A stretch of DNA of 64,000 nucleotides from Gemmatimonadota bacterium (GTDB lineage Bacteria > Gemmatimonadota > Gemmatimonadetes > Gemmatimonadales > GWC2-71-9): the NCBI GenBank assembly GCA_039589615.1, contig JBDHHA010000010.1, forward strand, positions 2,824-66,823. Direction: 5' to 3'. The position numbers and the translations under genes were made by a program. Under the pieces are notes generated by a model, which searched no databases, was not told where the DNA came from, and saw only the letters and a list, made by a program, of their open reading frames with translations. Shown piece after piece: positions 1-10,008 of the stretch; position 1 is the first letter of the stretch, and each line of letters starts with the position of its first letter.

Positions 1-2
1 GC

Positions 3-1130
3 TGGTGCACCGAAGTCCTGGTGCGAGGGAGTGGGTTCCCCCCCTCGACGGAGCTGCGGACCGCGCTCCGGCCCCTGGGGGGATCGATCGTGGTGCTTTC
101 GGCGGAGAGCGTGCTCAAGATTCACATCCACACCAACACGCCCGACGCCGTGTACGAGAAGGCGGAAGGCTGGGGACAGGTGGAGCAAACCAAGGCGGAT
201 GACATGCGCGTGCAGCACCAGGTGCTCCACGACGACGCGGTGTCCGGCCTTGGAATCGTGGTGGACTCGACCTGCGATCTCCCCAACGAGACGATCGACC
301 GGTACGGGTTCGTCCTCGCCCCGATCCAGATCACGGACGGGAAGCGGACCTACCTCGATCGCGTCGAGATACGTCCAGCCGAGATCTACCGTCGCATGCG
401 GAAGGAGAAGACGCCGTTCACGACGTCGCAGCCCACGCCGGGAGCGTTCGCCGAGGCGTATCACGATGCCCGGAGCAACGCTCGCGAAGCCCTCTGCCTC
501 ACGCTCTCCAGCGGCCTCTCCGGCACATTCTCCTCCGCACAATCCGCGGTGGCCGCCAGCGGCCTCGACGGCATTACCGTCTTCGACTCGCGGTCCATTT
601 CCGTGGGGCTCGGCATGCTCGCGTTGCGGGCGCGGGAATTGGCCGAAGCGGGGATGTCCACGAGTCAGCTCACCGAGGAGTTGACGCGCGTGCGAGAGCG
701 TTGCGGGGCATTCATCGTCGTCGGGAAGATCGAGAACCTGGTGCGCTCCGGACGGGTGAGCCGGGGACGCGGGTGGCTCGGTCGGCTGCTCAACATCAAG
801 CCCATCCTCGAGTTGTCCCCGGAGGAGGGGAAGGTCGCACCGATCGACCGGGTGCGTGGATCCAAGGGAGTCGTGTCACGGGTGTTGGACCACATCGACC
901 GACGGCTCACACCGCGGCCTGCCCACCTGCGCCTCGGGGTCGTCCACGCCGACGCAGCGGAAACCGCCCAAGCGGTGTGCGAGGAGGTCCAAAAACGGTA
1001 CCGGCCCCGCGAGTGCCTGTTCGCCGACGCGACGGCAGCGCTGGGCGTGCACGTCGGTCCCGGAACCTGGGCCGTGTTCTACCAGATCGAAGAGCCCGCG
1101 GAAGACTCCCAGACGGATGCCGCCCGATAG
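3..1130 (+). CDS. DegV family fatty-acid-binding protein, 5'-truncated by the window edge; the N-terminal part resembles the end of a DAK2/YloV-type domain
   Basis: The frame of ORF 21..1130 is open to the window start. DegV-like motifs are GIVVDSTCDLP, TSQPTPGAF and LSSGLSGTFSSAQ. The preceding KIHIHTNTPD...KADDMRVQH resembles a YloV/DhaL C-terminus. Confidence 0.75.
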   Translation, partial: WCTEVLVRGSGFPPSTELRTALRPLGGSIVVLSAESVLKIHIHTNTPDAVYEKAEGWGQVEQTKADDMRVQHQVLHDDAVSGLGIVVDSTCDLPNETIDRYGFVLAPIQITDGKRTYLDRVEIRPAEIYRRMRKEKTPFTTSQPTPGAFAEAYHDARSNAREALCLTLSSGLSGTFSSAQSAVAASGLDGITVFDSRSISVGLGMLALRARELAEAGMSTSQLTEELTRVRERCGAFIVVGKIENLVRSGRVSRGRGWLGRLLNIKPILELSPEEGKVAPIDRVRGSKGVVSRVLDHIDRRLTPRPAHLRLGVVHADAAETAQAVCEEVQKRYRPRECLFADATAALGVHVGPGTWAVFYQIEEPAEDSQTDAAR

Positions 1131-1135
1131 ACGCC

Positions 1136-1498
1136 ATGTCCGCTGATTGGGTCTCCAAGGAACCCGACCTCCAGGCGACCGTGAACACGCTGGAAACGCA
1201 CAAGGCCTCGGAGATCGCGGTGCTGGACTTGCGCAACCTCGGCGGCGCCACGGATTTCTTCGTCGTGGCGTCGGGGACGTCCGACACCCACGTGCGAGCC
1301 CTGGGTGACCGGGTCCTGGAAGCCTTGGCCGGGGACGGCCGCAAGCCACATCACACGGAAGGGCTCGCGGAAGGGCGTTGGGTGCTCCTCGACTACGTGG
1401 ATTTCGTGGTTCACGTCTTTCACCCCACCCTGCGAGCGTTCTATCAACTGGAGCGGCTCTGGGGCGAAGCGCCGACGGCACTGATCGAATCGGGGTGA
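1136..1498 (+). CDS. rsfS: Ribosome silencing factor RsfS
   Basis: Internal ATG of ORF 701..1498 gives 120 aa. Motifs DFFVVASGTSDTHVRAL and WVLLDYVDFVVHVF are typical of RsfS/iojap. Confidence 0.85.
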   Translation: MSADWVSKEPDLQATVNTLETHKASEIAVLDLRNLGGATDFFVVASGTSDTHVRALGDRVLEALAGDGRKPHHTEGLAEGRWVLLDYVDFVVHVFHPTLRAFYQLERLWGEAPTALIESG

Positions 1499-1554
1499 CA
1501 CAGGAGTCCGACGCCGCTTGCCAACCCTTTCGTGGCCCCCTACGTTATTTTTTC

Positions 1555-2997
1555 GTGGTGACCTTCATACGTAGAACGAGCCCGCTGCTCGCCCTCATCT
1601 CCTGCCTTGCCGCCTGTGGCTCGGGCGAACAGGGCAATCCCATCCGCACCGCCTTCGCCGAGGAGGCGTCGTCCCCCACCGACAGCCTTGCGTTCGGGTT
1701 CCGCTTCCCCAGCGCGTCCGGCCCAGGCGTGCGGCTGTACACGTTCCCCAACATGGAGGAACTCGACTGGCGGTTCGACATCCCGGACCTCGCCACGCTG
1801 GAGATCATCGGGTTCGCCGCGGAGGAGCGGCATGTCTACCTGCGGACCCGGGATTCGGGGCTCGTGGCCCTCGATCTCGAAAGTGGACTCGATAACAGGG
1901 TGGACAGCGCCGTGGTGGCCGCCGCCATCGGGCCCACGGGCACGCCCCACCTGGTGGGCGCTGATAGCGGACTGGGCACGGTGGTCGACCGGCACACGCA
2001 GCGGTGGGATCACAGCCTGGCGGAGGTGCCGGAGCGCATCTGGGCCACCAGCCGCGGACTCCTGTTGACCCTGGTCTCGACGGACCGGGGCCGGCGTCTC
2101 GACCTCCTCGGCCGCGCAGGCCAGGTGGCGAGTATGGAGATTCCGGCTGGGCTCCTCGCGGTGACCCGCTGGGGAGATCTGGGGGTGGTGGCGGCCGACT
2201 CCGGTTTGGTCGGGTTCAGAACGGCACCCGACGGCATCCACGATGCCGGGTTCCGTCGCCTCGCCTACCCAGTCACCTCCGTTACGTTCTCGGCGGCGGG
2301 GCACCATCTGTTCGTCGCCACGGCCAATCTCGAGCTCCTGGTGGTCAACCGGTTCTTCCTCGACGGGGACGGCGATGAGGGGATCCTGCAGCGGTACCCC
2401 ATCACGCTCCCCATCAGGGCCATGCGGACCGGCCCCCGGGGCCGGTGGCTGCTCTTGAAGCCCGAGGGTAGCGACTCCCTGTGGATCGCGGAAGCCGCCG
2501 AGCTGACCACGGTTGTGACGGTGGCAGGATCCTGGGAGGCGGACCTCCCCACCATCGCTGGCGACGGAACCGTGCTCGTGCGACAGGGAGACGACGTGGT
2601 GGCCATCGATCCGGAAACGGGAGCCCGGGTGGGGCGCGTCGAGGACGCGGCCGGCGACCGGTGGCTCGCCCTCTCGTGGACCGCCCGGCGTCCCACCCTG
2701 CAGCTGGCCCAGGAGACAGAGGCCGATCCGGTGGAGGTGCCGGAGGGGGAGGACATCTATCAGTACTTCGCCCAGCTGAGCAGCACGTCCAACGAGGCGT
2801 GGGCCCTGGCCCGACGGGACGAACTTCGGGGAGCCCAGCTCAACGCCCAGGTCATCTACCCCGACGAGTACTACTACGGGTACCGGGTCGTTTTGGGGCC
2901 CTACGCCACACGGGAAGACGCCCACGACATGGGGCGTCGCCTGGGCCAGCCGTATTTCGTTGTCAGATTGCAGGATACGACGGCCACGAACCGATGA
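1555..2997 (+). CDS. SPOR domain-containing lipoprotein
   Basis: In-frame GTG precedes a lipobox-type signal (RRTSPLLALISCLAACGSG). The C-terminus YFAQLSS...YYGYRVVLGPYATREDAHDMGRRL...FVVRL looks like a SPOR domain. The start codon is uncertain. Confidence 0.7.
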   Translation: MVTFIRRTSPLLALISCLAACGSGEQGNPIRTAFAEEASSPTDSLAFGFRFPSASGPGVRLYTFPNMEELDWRFDIPDLATLEIIGFAAEERHVYLRTRDSGLVALDLESGLDNRVDSAVVAAAIGPTGTPHLVGADSGLGTVVDRHTQRWDHSLAEVPERIWATSRGLLLTLVSTDRGRRLDLLGRAGQVASMEIPAGLLAVTRWGDLGVVAADSGLVGFRTAPDGIHDAGFRRLAYPVTSVTFSAAGHHLFVATANLELLVVNRFFLDGDGDEGILQRYPITLPIRAMRTGPRGRWLLLKPEGSDSLWIAEAAELTTVVTVAGSWEADLPTIAGDGTVLVRQGDDVVAIDPETGARVGRVEDAAGDRWLALSWTARRPTLQLAQETEADPVEVPEGEDIYQYFAQLSSTSNEAWALARRDELRGAQLNAQVIYPDEYYYGYRVVLGPYATREDAHDMGRRLGQPYFVVRLQDTTATNR

Positions 2998-4271
2998 CTT
3001 CCGGCGAGTTCGACCGCGCGTCCCTCGCCAACCACACAGTGGTTGCCCTCATACCAGCGACGGAAGACTACCGATGGGCCGCCTCCCAGGCATGGGCTGT
3101 GGCGCGGGAGGCGGCGGCGGCAAAACCCCGGGTCGCCCTCGTCGATCTCTCCGTCACCATCCCGGTCCTCGATGAGGGTGCCGCGCGATGGTCCGAAGAA
3201 GGCATCGTAGACGCCCTCCTGCACGACACCTCGCTGACGCAGATCGCCCAGCCGCAGGAAGAACCGGGACTGCACTATCTCAGCGTCGGCACACCGACGA
3301 ACAAACCCGAAGAGGTGTGGGGGCACCCACGGTGGAGCCGATTGGAGGCGGGATTTGCCAGCCAGGGCGCCCTCTTGCTTCTCTTCCTCCCCCCGACCGC
3401 CATACCCCATCTGGCCCTCCGGCCGGATGGGATCATCGTCCTGGCGCGGCGAGAATGGAATCGAGCCTCCAGCCAATACCTGGGCGTCTCGACCTGGCTG
3501 GACGAGGGCATTCCCCTCCTGGCCGTGGTGTCGAAGCATGGGGACGCCTCGGAAGCGGGGGGGGAGGCGGGCGTTTCGCTCGGCGCCGTGCTCCGTCGAT
3601 GGAGACGTTGGAGCCGGGGCACCCGCTTCATCACCGCTGCCGCCGGCGCCGTCCTCCTCGCCGCGGCGACCTGGGCCGGCTTCCGCCTCATCCGGCAGCC
3701 CACGGAGGTCGCCGGTGGAACGCCCCCCGCACCGGCCGCGCCGCCCCTGGTGGCCGATTCGCTTCCATCCGAGGAGCCGTCCGTCCCCGAGCTCCTCGAC
3801 AGTCTCTACTATTCGGTTCAGGTTGCCGCTTTCAACACGCTGGACCGCGCTCTAGAATATGCTACGTCGTTCGAGAACCGGCGCCTCGTCGCGGCCGTCA
3901 CGCCCGTCCGGATCGGGCCGGGCACATGGTACAGGGTGATCCTCGGTGCGTTGCGCACGGCGGCCGAGGCCGAAGCGGTGCTCGCCGCCCTGTGGCAGGA
4001 CAGCTTGGTTGCGAGCGGGGAGGGGGCTATCTTGCGCACCCCGCAAGCGTTCGACCTGGGGATCCGTGCAAGCGCCGACGCAGCATGGGAAGAAACGCAA
4101 CGGCTCCGGGAACGGGGCATTCCCGCATATAGCGTAGGGGCGGCACAGGGTAGGGCGCGGATTTTCGTGGGCGCCTTTGAAACTCCCGATCAGACCGCGG
4201 TGGCTGAGTCCCTGCTGACGGCCGCCGGCTTGACCGCAACCCTCATGACACGTACTGGAAACGCGCCATGA
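2994..4271 (+). CDS. Membrane protein: degenerate MinD/BY-kinase-like cytoplasmic domain, one TM segment and two C-terminal SPOR domains
   Basis: ATG at 2994 overlaps the upstream stop (ATGA). The TM segment is FITAAAGAVLLAAATWAGF. SPOR-like segments are YYSVQVAAFNTLDRA...WYRVILGAL and ...RIFVGAFETPDQTA. Confidence 0.7.
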   Translation: MTSGEFDRASLANHTVVALIPATEDYRWAASQAWAVAREAAAAKPRVALVDLSVTIPVLDEGAARWSEEGIVDALLHDTSLTQIAQPQEEPGLHYLSVGTPTNKPEEVWGHPRWSRLEAGFASQGALLLLFLPPTAIPHLALRPDGIIVLARREWNRASSQYLGVSTWLDEGIPLLAVVSKHGDASEAGGEAGVSLGAVLRRWRRWSRGTRFITAAAGAVLLAAATWAGFRLIRQPTEVAGGTPPAPAAPPLVADSLPSEEPSVPELLDSLYYSVQVAAFNTLDRALEYATSFENRRLVAAVTPVRIGPGTWYRVILGALRTAAEAEAVLAALWQDSLVASGEGAILRTPQAFDLGIRASADAAWEETQRLRERGIPAYSVGAAQGRARIFVGAFETPDQTAVAESLLTAAGLTATLMTRTGNAP

Positions 4272-7200
4272 AACTGACCCGGCTCGTGCTGTCGGGCTTC
4301 AAGTCTTTTGCCGACAAGGTCGAACTGACGTTCGAGGACGGCATTACGTCAATTGTCGGCCCGAACGGTTGCGGCAAGTCCAATATCTCAGACGCCGTGC
4401 GCTGGGTATTGGGTGAGCAGCGCGCACGCATCCTCCGTGGCGCCCGCATGGACGACATCATCTTTCAAGGCACCGCCAAGCGGAAACCGGTCAACGTCTC
4501 GGAAATCTCTCTCCACTTCGACAACAGCGACGAGACACTCCCGATTTCGTACCGGGAGGTTGTCGTCACTCGCCGTCTCACGCGAACCGGGGTGAGCGAG
4601 TACCTCCTGAACCAACAGCCCGTCCGGCTGCGGGACGTGCAGGACCTCTTGCACGGCACGGGATTGGGTGGTGAGGGCGGCGTGGTCATCGAAGCGCAGA
4701 AAATCGATCGGCTGTTGTCGGATCGCACCGACGAACGACGCGCACTGTTCGAAGAAGCCGCCGGCATCGGCCTCTATCGGGATCGCAAGACCAGCACGGA
4801 GCGGCGCCTCGACAAGACCCTGGAGGACCTCCGGCGGTTGGACGACCTCATTGCCGAGATTCAAACGCAGGTTCGCAGCTTGGCGCGCCAGCGAGGCAAG
4901 GCCGAGCGGCACAAGAAGCTGACTGCAGAGCGCTTCGGGATCGTCATGACCCTGGCGCGCCGCCGCCTTGTCCAATTCGACGACCAGGTTGCGACATTGC
5001 GCCGCCAGGGGCAGGAGGTTGGCGACGCCCTTCCCCGCCATCGCGAGCTCCTCGGCCAACAAGAGCGCCAACGGGAAGAGCGCGTGCAGGGTCGAGCGAC
5101 TGCCGAAGCACAGCGGACCGAGATCGAACGGCGCTTGGCGGAGCGCCGCCTGTATGTGGGGAAGCTGGAGGGCGATCTCCAACTGGCGGGCGAACGACTC
5201 AAAAACGCTCTGGAGCGAAAGTCCCGAGCCCGCGAAGAGCGCAACCAGGCCGCGACCAGAGCGGCCCAGGCCGGGCGGGAGAAAGACGCCTCCGCGGCCG
5301 AGCGCCAGGCCGCCGCGGAGGCCCGTCAATCGGTGCAGACCGAACTCGACCTTCGAGCCTCAGACGAACAAGCAACCCGCGACCGCCTGATGGGCCAACG
5401 CGATCGCGTCCGAACACTGGAAAGCACTGTGGCGGAACAGGCGGAAGCGGCAAGCGCTCTCGCCGTCGAGCGGGATGCCTTGGAGCGCGAGCACGCGGAT
5501 CTTCGCTCCCAGGAAGAGGACGCCACGGCCCGACGCCGGGAAACCGAAGATCTCCGTGAAGCGGCGGCAGGCCGTCTGACGGAAGCGGCGCAGCGGCTAT
5601 CGCACCAGCAACAGGCCGACGACGAAGCGACGACCGAGTTGGAGCGGGCCCGTCACGCGTTGGCCGCTGCGAAGGAACACGAAGCGGCGCTCCTGGTCGA
5701 GCGCCGTGCCGCCGAGGAGCGCCGCGCCCAGCTCAGCGCACGACGCGACGCCCTGGAAGCCCTCGAGCGAGACCGTGCGGGTTTGGCTCCGGGCGCTCGA
5801 GCGCTGCTCGAGGAACAGGAGCAGTTTGGAGCAGGGGCTGTTCTGGGACCCTTGAGCGACTTCCTCCGGACGTTCGGCGAGGGAGCCGAAATCGCCGAGC
5901 GGATGCTGGCGGAGTGGCTGCACGCCGTCGTCGTGAAAGACGAACACACCGTGACGGCCGTGCGCCGGTGGCACGCAGGGCAACAACCGGGACCGTTGGT
6001 GTTGCTCCCGGTGACGCCGGGACCCAGCACGGACGGAGAGGCTCCAAACGATCTACGAGTCGAAATCGCCGAGCCGGCACGCGCGTGGGCTTTGGCGCTC
6101 CTAGCCGGAAACGTGAGGTTGGACGACGGCGGCACGGCGATCCGGCGAGCAAACGGTGCCGTGTTCCTCCCGGGAGCCGAGGATCGGGGCGGCCCCCTGC
6201 AGCGCCGCGCCGAATTGGAGCAGTTGGGCGAACAATCGGCGGAGGCCGAGGACGCCGGCCGGCGGTTGGCGCAGAACGCGCAGACGGCCGCCCGAGATCT
6301 CGCGGAGGCCGAGCGGCAGCTCGAGGCGGCAGCGCAGACGGCCGACGAGACCCGGCGCGCGTTGCAGGAAGCGAAGACCGCTCACGCCGACGCCGAGCGT
6401 GAAACGCAACGAGCCGAGCGCGAGGGACGCGAGGCGAATGAAGCCCTGGCCCGTGTCGTCGAGCGACTCACCGAGCGCACCAATCGGTCGGAAGTGGTCC
6501 AACGCGAGCTGCAGTCCTTGAAGAGCGGGCGGGCGCGGGCGGAAGCCGATCTCGAAGCACAGCGCTCGTTGCTGAACAACCTCGAGACCGACCAGGAAGC
6601 CGCCCGGGAAAACCGTGTGCACTGGCAGGTGGAAGAAGCCCAGGTCTCCGTGCGAGAGGAAGCCGCACGGGAACGAGAGGAGCGTGCGGAACGGGCGCTG
6701 CAGGACGCCACGGCGGAAATGGACAGCCTCGCCCGGGAGATCGCGGAGATCGACGACTCCACCGGAGGCGCCGAAGCGCAACAGGCGACGTGGACCGATC
6801 AGCTCGCGGAGCGCCGCACCGAGGTCGCAGAGCTCGAGGCTGCCGCGACGGCCGCCGAGCGATCGGTCCACGCGGCCGATGAAGCGCTCGCGATCAGCGA
6901 CCGCGACCTGGAGGAGGCACGCACCAAGGAGCAGGAGTTGTCCGAGACGTCCCACCACGTCGAACTGGAGCAGGCGGAGATCGTGGGTCGCCGGAACGCA
7001 ATTGTGGAGCGCGTGGAAGCGGAATGGCGCAAACCGCTGGCGGAGCTTCTCGAGACCGCGCCCGAGGTGGAGGGCGACGACGAGGACCTCGAACAAGAAG
7101 GGGAGCTCCTGGCGGATCGGCTCCTGGCTGCGGGACCGGTGAACCCCCTGGCTTCCGAGGAACACGACGAAGAAAAATCGCGCCTCGAGTTTCTCGAGAC

Positions 7201-7741
7201 CCAACGAGAAGATCTGGTTGCCGCCCGCACGTCGCTGCTCCAGGCGTTGCGCGAAATCGATGACACGGCTCAAGCACTGTTCACGGCAACCTTTTCAGCC
7301 GTCCGGGAGAACTTCAAGCGGGTCTTTCTCACACTCTTCGAGGTCGGCGAGTGCGACGTGCGCCTCGTTGATGAACTCGACCCGCTGAACAGTGAGATCG
7401 AAATCCGTGCCGCTCCACGCGGAAAGCGGACTCAGCGCATCCACCTCCTCTCCTCCGGCGAACGGGCGCTGGTGGCCATCTCACTGCTGTTCGCCATCTA
7501 TCTCACCAAGCCGAGCCCCTTCTGTTTGCTCGACGAGGTGGACGCCCCACTCGACGATTCCAACGTGCAGCGCTTCCTGCGGCTGCTGGACGAGTTCAAG
7601 TCCGACACGCAGTTCATCGTCATCACGCACAACCCGCGGACGATGCAGACCGCCGATGCGGTGTACGGGGTGACGATGCAGGAGCCCGGGGTGTCTTCGA
7701 TCGTCGGCGTTCGGCTGGGCGAGCACGCCGCCATCGGCTGA
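4268..7741 (+). CDS. smc: Chromosome segregation protein SMC
   Basis: 1157 aa with Walker A GPNGCGKSN, a long coiled-coil E/R/A-rich middle, signature LSSGERAL and Walker B FCLLDEVDAPLD. The start overlaps the upstream stop. Confidence 0.95.
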   Translation: MKLTRLVLSGFKSFADKVELTFEDGITSIVGPNGCGKSNISDAVRWVLGEQRARILRGARMDDIIFQGTAKRKPVNVSEISLHFDNSDETLPISYREVVVTRRLTRTGVSEYLLNQQPVRLRDVQDLLHGTGLGGEGGVVIEAQKIDRLLSDRTDERRALFEEAAGIGLYRDRKTSTERRLDKTLEDLRRLDDLIAEIQTQVRSLARQRGKAERHKKLTAERFGIVMTLARRRLVQFDDQVATLRRQGQEVGDALPRHRELLGQQERQREERVQGRATAEAQRTEIERRLAERRLYVGKLEGDLQLAGERLKNALERKSRAREERNQAATRAAQAGREKDASAAERQAAAEARQSVQTELDLRASDEQATRDRLMGQRDRVRTLESTVAEQAEAASALAVERDALEREHADLRSQEEDATARRRETEDLREAAAGRLTEAAQRLSHQQQADDEATTELERARHALAAAKEHEAALLVERRAAEERRAQLSARRDALEALERDRAGLAPGARALLEEQEQFGAGAVLGPLSDFLRTFGEGAEIAERMLAEWLHAVVVKDEHTVTAVRRWHAGQQPGPLVLLPVTPGPSTDGEAPNDLRVEIAEPARAWALALLAGNVRLDDGGTAIRRANGAVFLPGAEDRGGPLQRRAELEQLGEQSAEAEDAGRRLAQNAQTAARDLAEAERQLEAAAQTADETRRALQEAKTAHADAERETQRAEREGREANEALARVVERLTERTNRSEVVQRELQSLKSGRARAEADLEAQRSLLNNLETDQEAARENRVHWQVEEAQVSVREEAAREREERAERALQDATAEMDSLAREIAEIDDSTGGAEAQQATWTDQLAERRTEVAELEAAATAAERSVHAADEALAISDRDLEEARTKEQELSETSHHVELEQAEIVGRRNAIVERVEAEWRKPLAELLETAPEVEGDDEDLEQEGELLADRLLAAGPVNPLASEEHDEEKSRLEFLETQREDLVAARTSLLQALREIDDTAQALFTATFSAVRENFKRVFLTLFEVGECDVRLVDELDPLNSEIEIRAAPRGKRTQRIHLLSSGERALVAISLLFAIYLTKPSPFCLLDEVDAPLDDSNVQRFLRLLDEFKSDTQFIVITHNPRTMQTADAVYGVTMQEPGVSSIVGVRLGEHAAIG

Positions 7742-7743
7742 CC

Positions 7744-10008
7744 GTGCGAGCCGCCGTGCTCGGGCTCTTCGTGGGAGCCTTCCTCCCCACCGGAGCCCTC
7801 GTCGCCCAGCGCGCCACGCTCTCGCCCAAGCTCCAACCCGTGCTCGATCGCGACACCGTCGTTGCGGTGTGGGTGTTCGTCGCTTCCGGACGATCGCTCG
7901 ACGAAGCAAACCGGGTCGTCGACGACGCTCGAGGCACCATCCGCCGTCGGAGCCAATGGCTGCGAGCGCTGTCGGCCAACGTGCCTGCAACGAGCTTGTC
8001 CGCCATGTTGAACAGTTCCGTGGTCCGCCACATCCAGCCGGTGGTGCGCTTCCGCCATCGACCCGCCCCACCTTCCACCGGAGGCGTGCCCGCCCCGGCC
8101 CCAACCCAACAGCCGGACAGTCTCTACGGGGCGTCCGCCATGCCGTTTCGATTGCTGAACATGTTTCCGCTGGTCGAGATGGGGATTCGGGGAAGCGGCG
8201 TGCGCATCGCGTCCTTCGATACCGGTTTCGAGACGGAGCTTCCGGCCTTCCAGAGCACCGGCATTTTCGCGCAGTACGACTTTGTCTTCAACGATTCGAT
8301 CGTCCGGAACGAGGCGGCCGACCACCCCCTCGCCTCGCGCCACGGCACGGCGACCTGGTCGCTTCTCGGCGCCGATATCCCCGGCACCATGGTGGGGATC
8401 GCGCCCGACGCCGAGTACCTCCTCGCCAAAACAGAAGACATCCGTTCGGAGACGCGAATCGAGGAGGACAACTTCGTCGCGGCGCTGGAGTGGGCCGACT
8501 CCTTGGGAGCCGACATCGTGACCACGAGCCTGGCCTATTTCAGCTTCGACGATGGGTCGGGGTATACCACGGCCGAACTCAACGGTGACATCGCCGTCAC
8601 GACCATCGCGTCCGACATGGCCGTCGAGCGGGGGATGGCGGTGGTCACGTCGGCGGGCAACGGGGGACCCGGCGCCAGAACGATCGGGACGCCGGCAGAC
8701 GGTGACTCCGTTGTGGCCGTCGGGGCCACCGATTCGCTGGAGATGCTGGCATCGTTCAGCGCCCGGGGGCCCACGGCGGATGGACGCATCAAGCCGGATC
8801 TCACCGCGCCGGGGGTGGACGTGTTCGTCATCGATCCAACACAGGGGTCGGGATTCGCGAGATTGAACGGCACGTCGTTTGCCGCACCCATCCTCGCCGG
8901 GGCCGTCGCCCTGATGCGCCAGTTGCATCCCACGCTCACACCCGTCGAGATCCGAGACGCGCTGCTCCGCGCCGGATCCAACGCAGACAGTCCGAACACC
9001 AACCTCGGTTGGGGCACGCCAAACGTGACGCAGGCGGCCACGTTTCCCGAGGGCCTGCAGCTCACCGCCCCCACTGACTCGGTGTTGGATAGCGTCACGC
9101 CCACCTTTCGCTGGACCACGGGAAGCGTTGCGGCGTTTGCGTCCCCCGTCACGTATCGGCTCCGGTTGGCCCGAGACGCTCAACTCCTGAACGTCTTTCT
9201 CGACACGACGACGTCGGCCACGGAAGTCGCCCTGCCACAACCGCAACAGCCGGGGGACACGATCGTGGCGGTGGTGAGCGCGGTGGCGGCAAACGACGAG
9301 ACCGTGGCACTCCAGCGCATGTTCGTCGTGCCCCCATGGGTCGAGTTGCTGACCTTCAACAGCGTGGACGACGCCACCACAATGGAGCGCCGCCCAACGT
9401 TTCGCTGGAGGTCCCCGAGTGCCGCAACGCCTCCGGGGCCGTTTCAATTTCTCGTCGAGATCTTCCGCTCGAGCGACGAGGTCGTCGTGGCTGCCGACAG
9501 CAATCTCTCGGCGACGAGCTACACGCCACCGAGCGACCTGAGCACCAACACGGCATACCGCTGGCGCGTCGTGGCGGCACTCGGCCCCGACACGGTCGCG
9601 GCCGAAAGCGCGATCAACTTCTTGGTGCTGGACGATGACGTTCCGCGCACCACGCTGTTGCTGCAAAACTTCCCCAACCCCTTCCCCAATCCCACCGTGG
9701 GGACGAACACCACGTGCATCTGGTTCGACCTGGCAACAGCGGGCACCGTTCGCCTCGAGATCCTCGACCTCCGCGGTCACAGCGTTCGCACGCTGGTGCC
9801 CTTCCCCGGCACCGACGGGACCCTGGAAGCCGGTCGGTATGGACGCCCGGCCACCCCGTTGGCGGGCAACTGCGACCCCAACTTCACCTGGGACGGGACG
9901 GCCAACGACGGGACGCATGCACCGAGGGGCGTGTACATCGCCATGCTGGTCACGCCCGACGGCACATTCACCAAGCGCATTGTGTACCGGGGCGGGAACG
10001 AGGAATGA
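7744..10008 (+). CDS. Secreted S8 (subtilisin-family) serine peptidase with a C-terminal FlgD-Ig/T9SS-like domain
   Basis: GTG start and a signal-like N-terminus. The catalytic triad contexts are FDTGF (Asp), HGTATWS (His) and NGTSFAAP (Ser). The C-terminus reads FPNPFPNPT...VRLEILDLRGHSV...GVYIAMLVT. Confidence 0.85.
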   Translation: MRAAVLGLFVGAFLPTGALVAQRATLSPKLQPVLDRDTVVAVWVFVASGRSLDEANRVVDDARGTIRRRSQWLRALSANVPATSLSAMLNSSVVRHIQPVVRFRHRPAPPSTGGVPAPAPTQQPDSLYGASAMPFRLLNMFPLVEMGIRGSGVRIASFDTGFETELPAFQSTGIFAQYDFVFNDSIVRNEAADHPLASRHGTATWSLLGADIPGTMVGIAPDAEYLLAKTEDIRSETRIEEDNFVAALEWADSLGADIVTTSLAYFSFDDGSGYTTAELNGDIAVTTIASDMAVERGMAVVTSAGNGGPGARTIGTPADGDSVVAVGATDSLEMLASFSARGPTADGRIKPDLTAPGVDVFVIDPTQGSGFARLNGTSFAAPILAGAVALMRQLHPTLTPVEIRDALLRAGSNADSPNTNLGWGTPNVTQAATFPEGLQLTAPTDSVLDSVTPTFRWTTGSVAAFASPVTYRLRLARDAQLLNVFLDTTTSATEVALPQPQQPGDTIVAVVSAVAANDETVALQRMFVVPPWVELLTFNSVDDATTMERRPTFRWRSPSAATPPGPFQFLVEIFRSSDEVVVAADSNLSATSYTPPSDLSTNTAYRWRVVAALGPDTVAAESAINFLVLDDDVPRTTLLLQNFPNPFPNPTVGTNTTCIWFDLATAGTVRLEILDLRGHSVRTLVPFPGTDGTLEAGRYGRPATPLAGNCDPNFTWDGTANDGTHAPRGVYIAMLVTPDGTFTKRIVYRGGNEE

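Noticed and set aside
7498-9918. 806-aa ORF on the minus strand, the longest non-annotated ORF in the window.
   Set aside because: It lies entirely antisense to the well-supported S8 peptidase and smc 3' end. Its Arg/Gly/Pro/His-rich composition has no motifs. This is the typical shadow ORF of high-G+C DNA.
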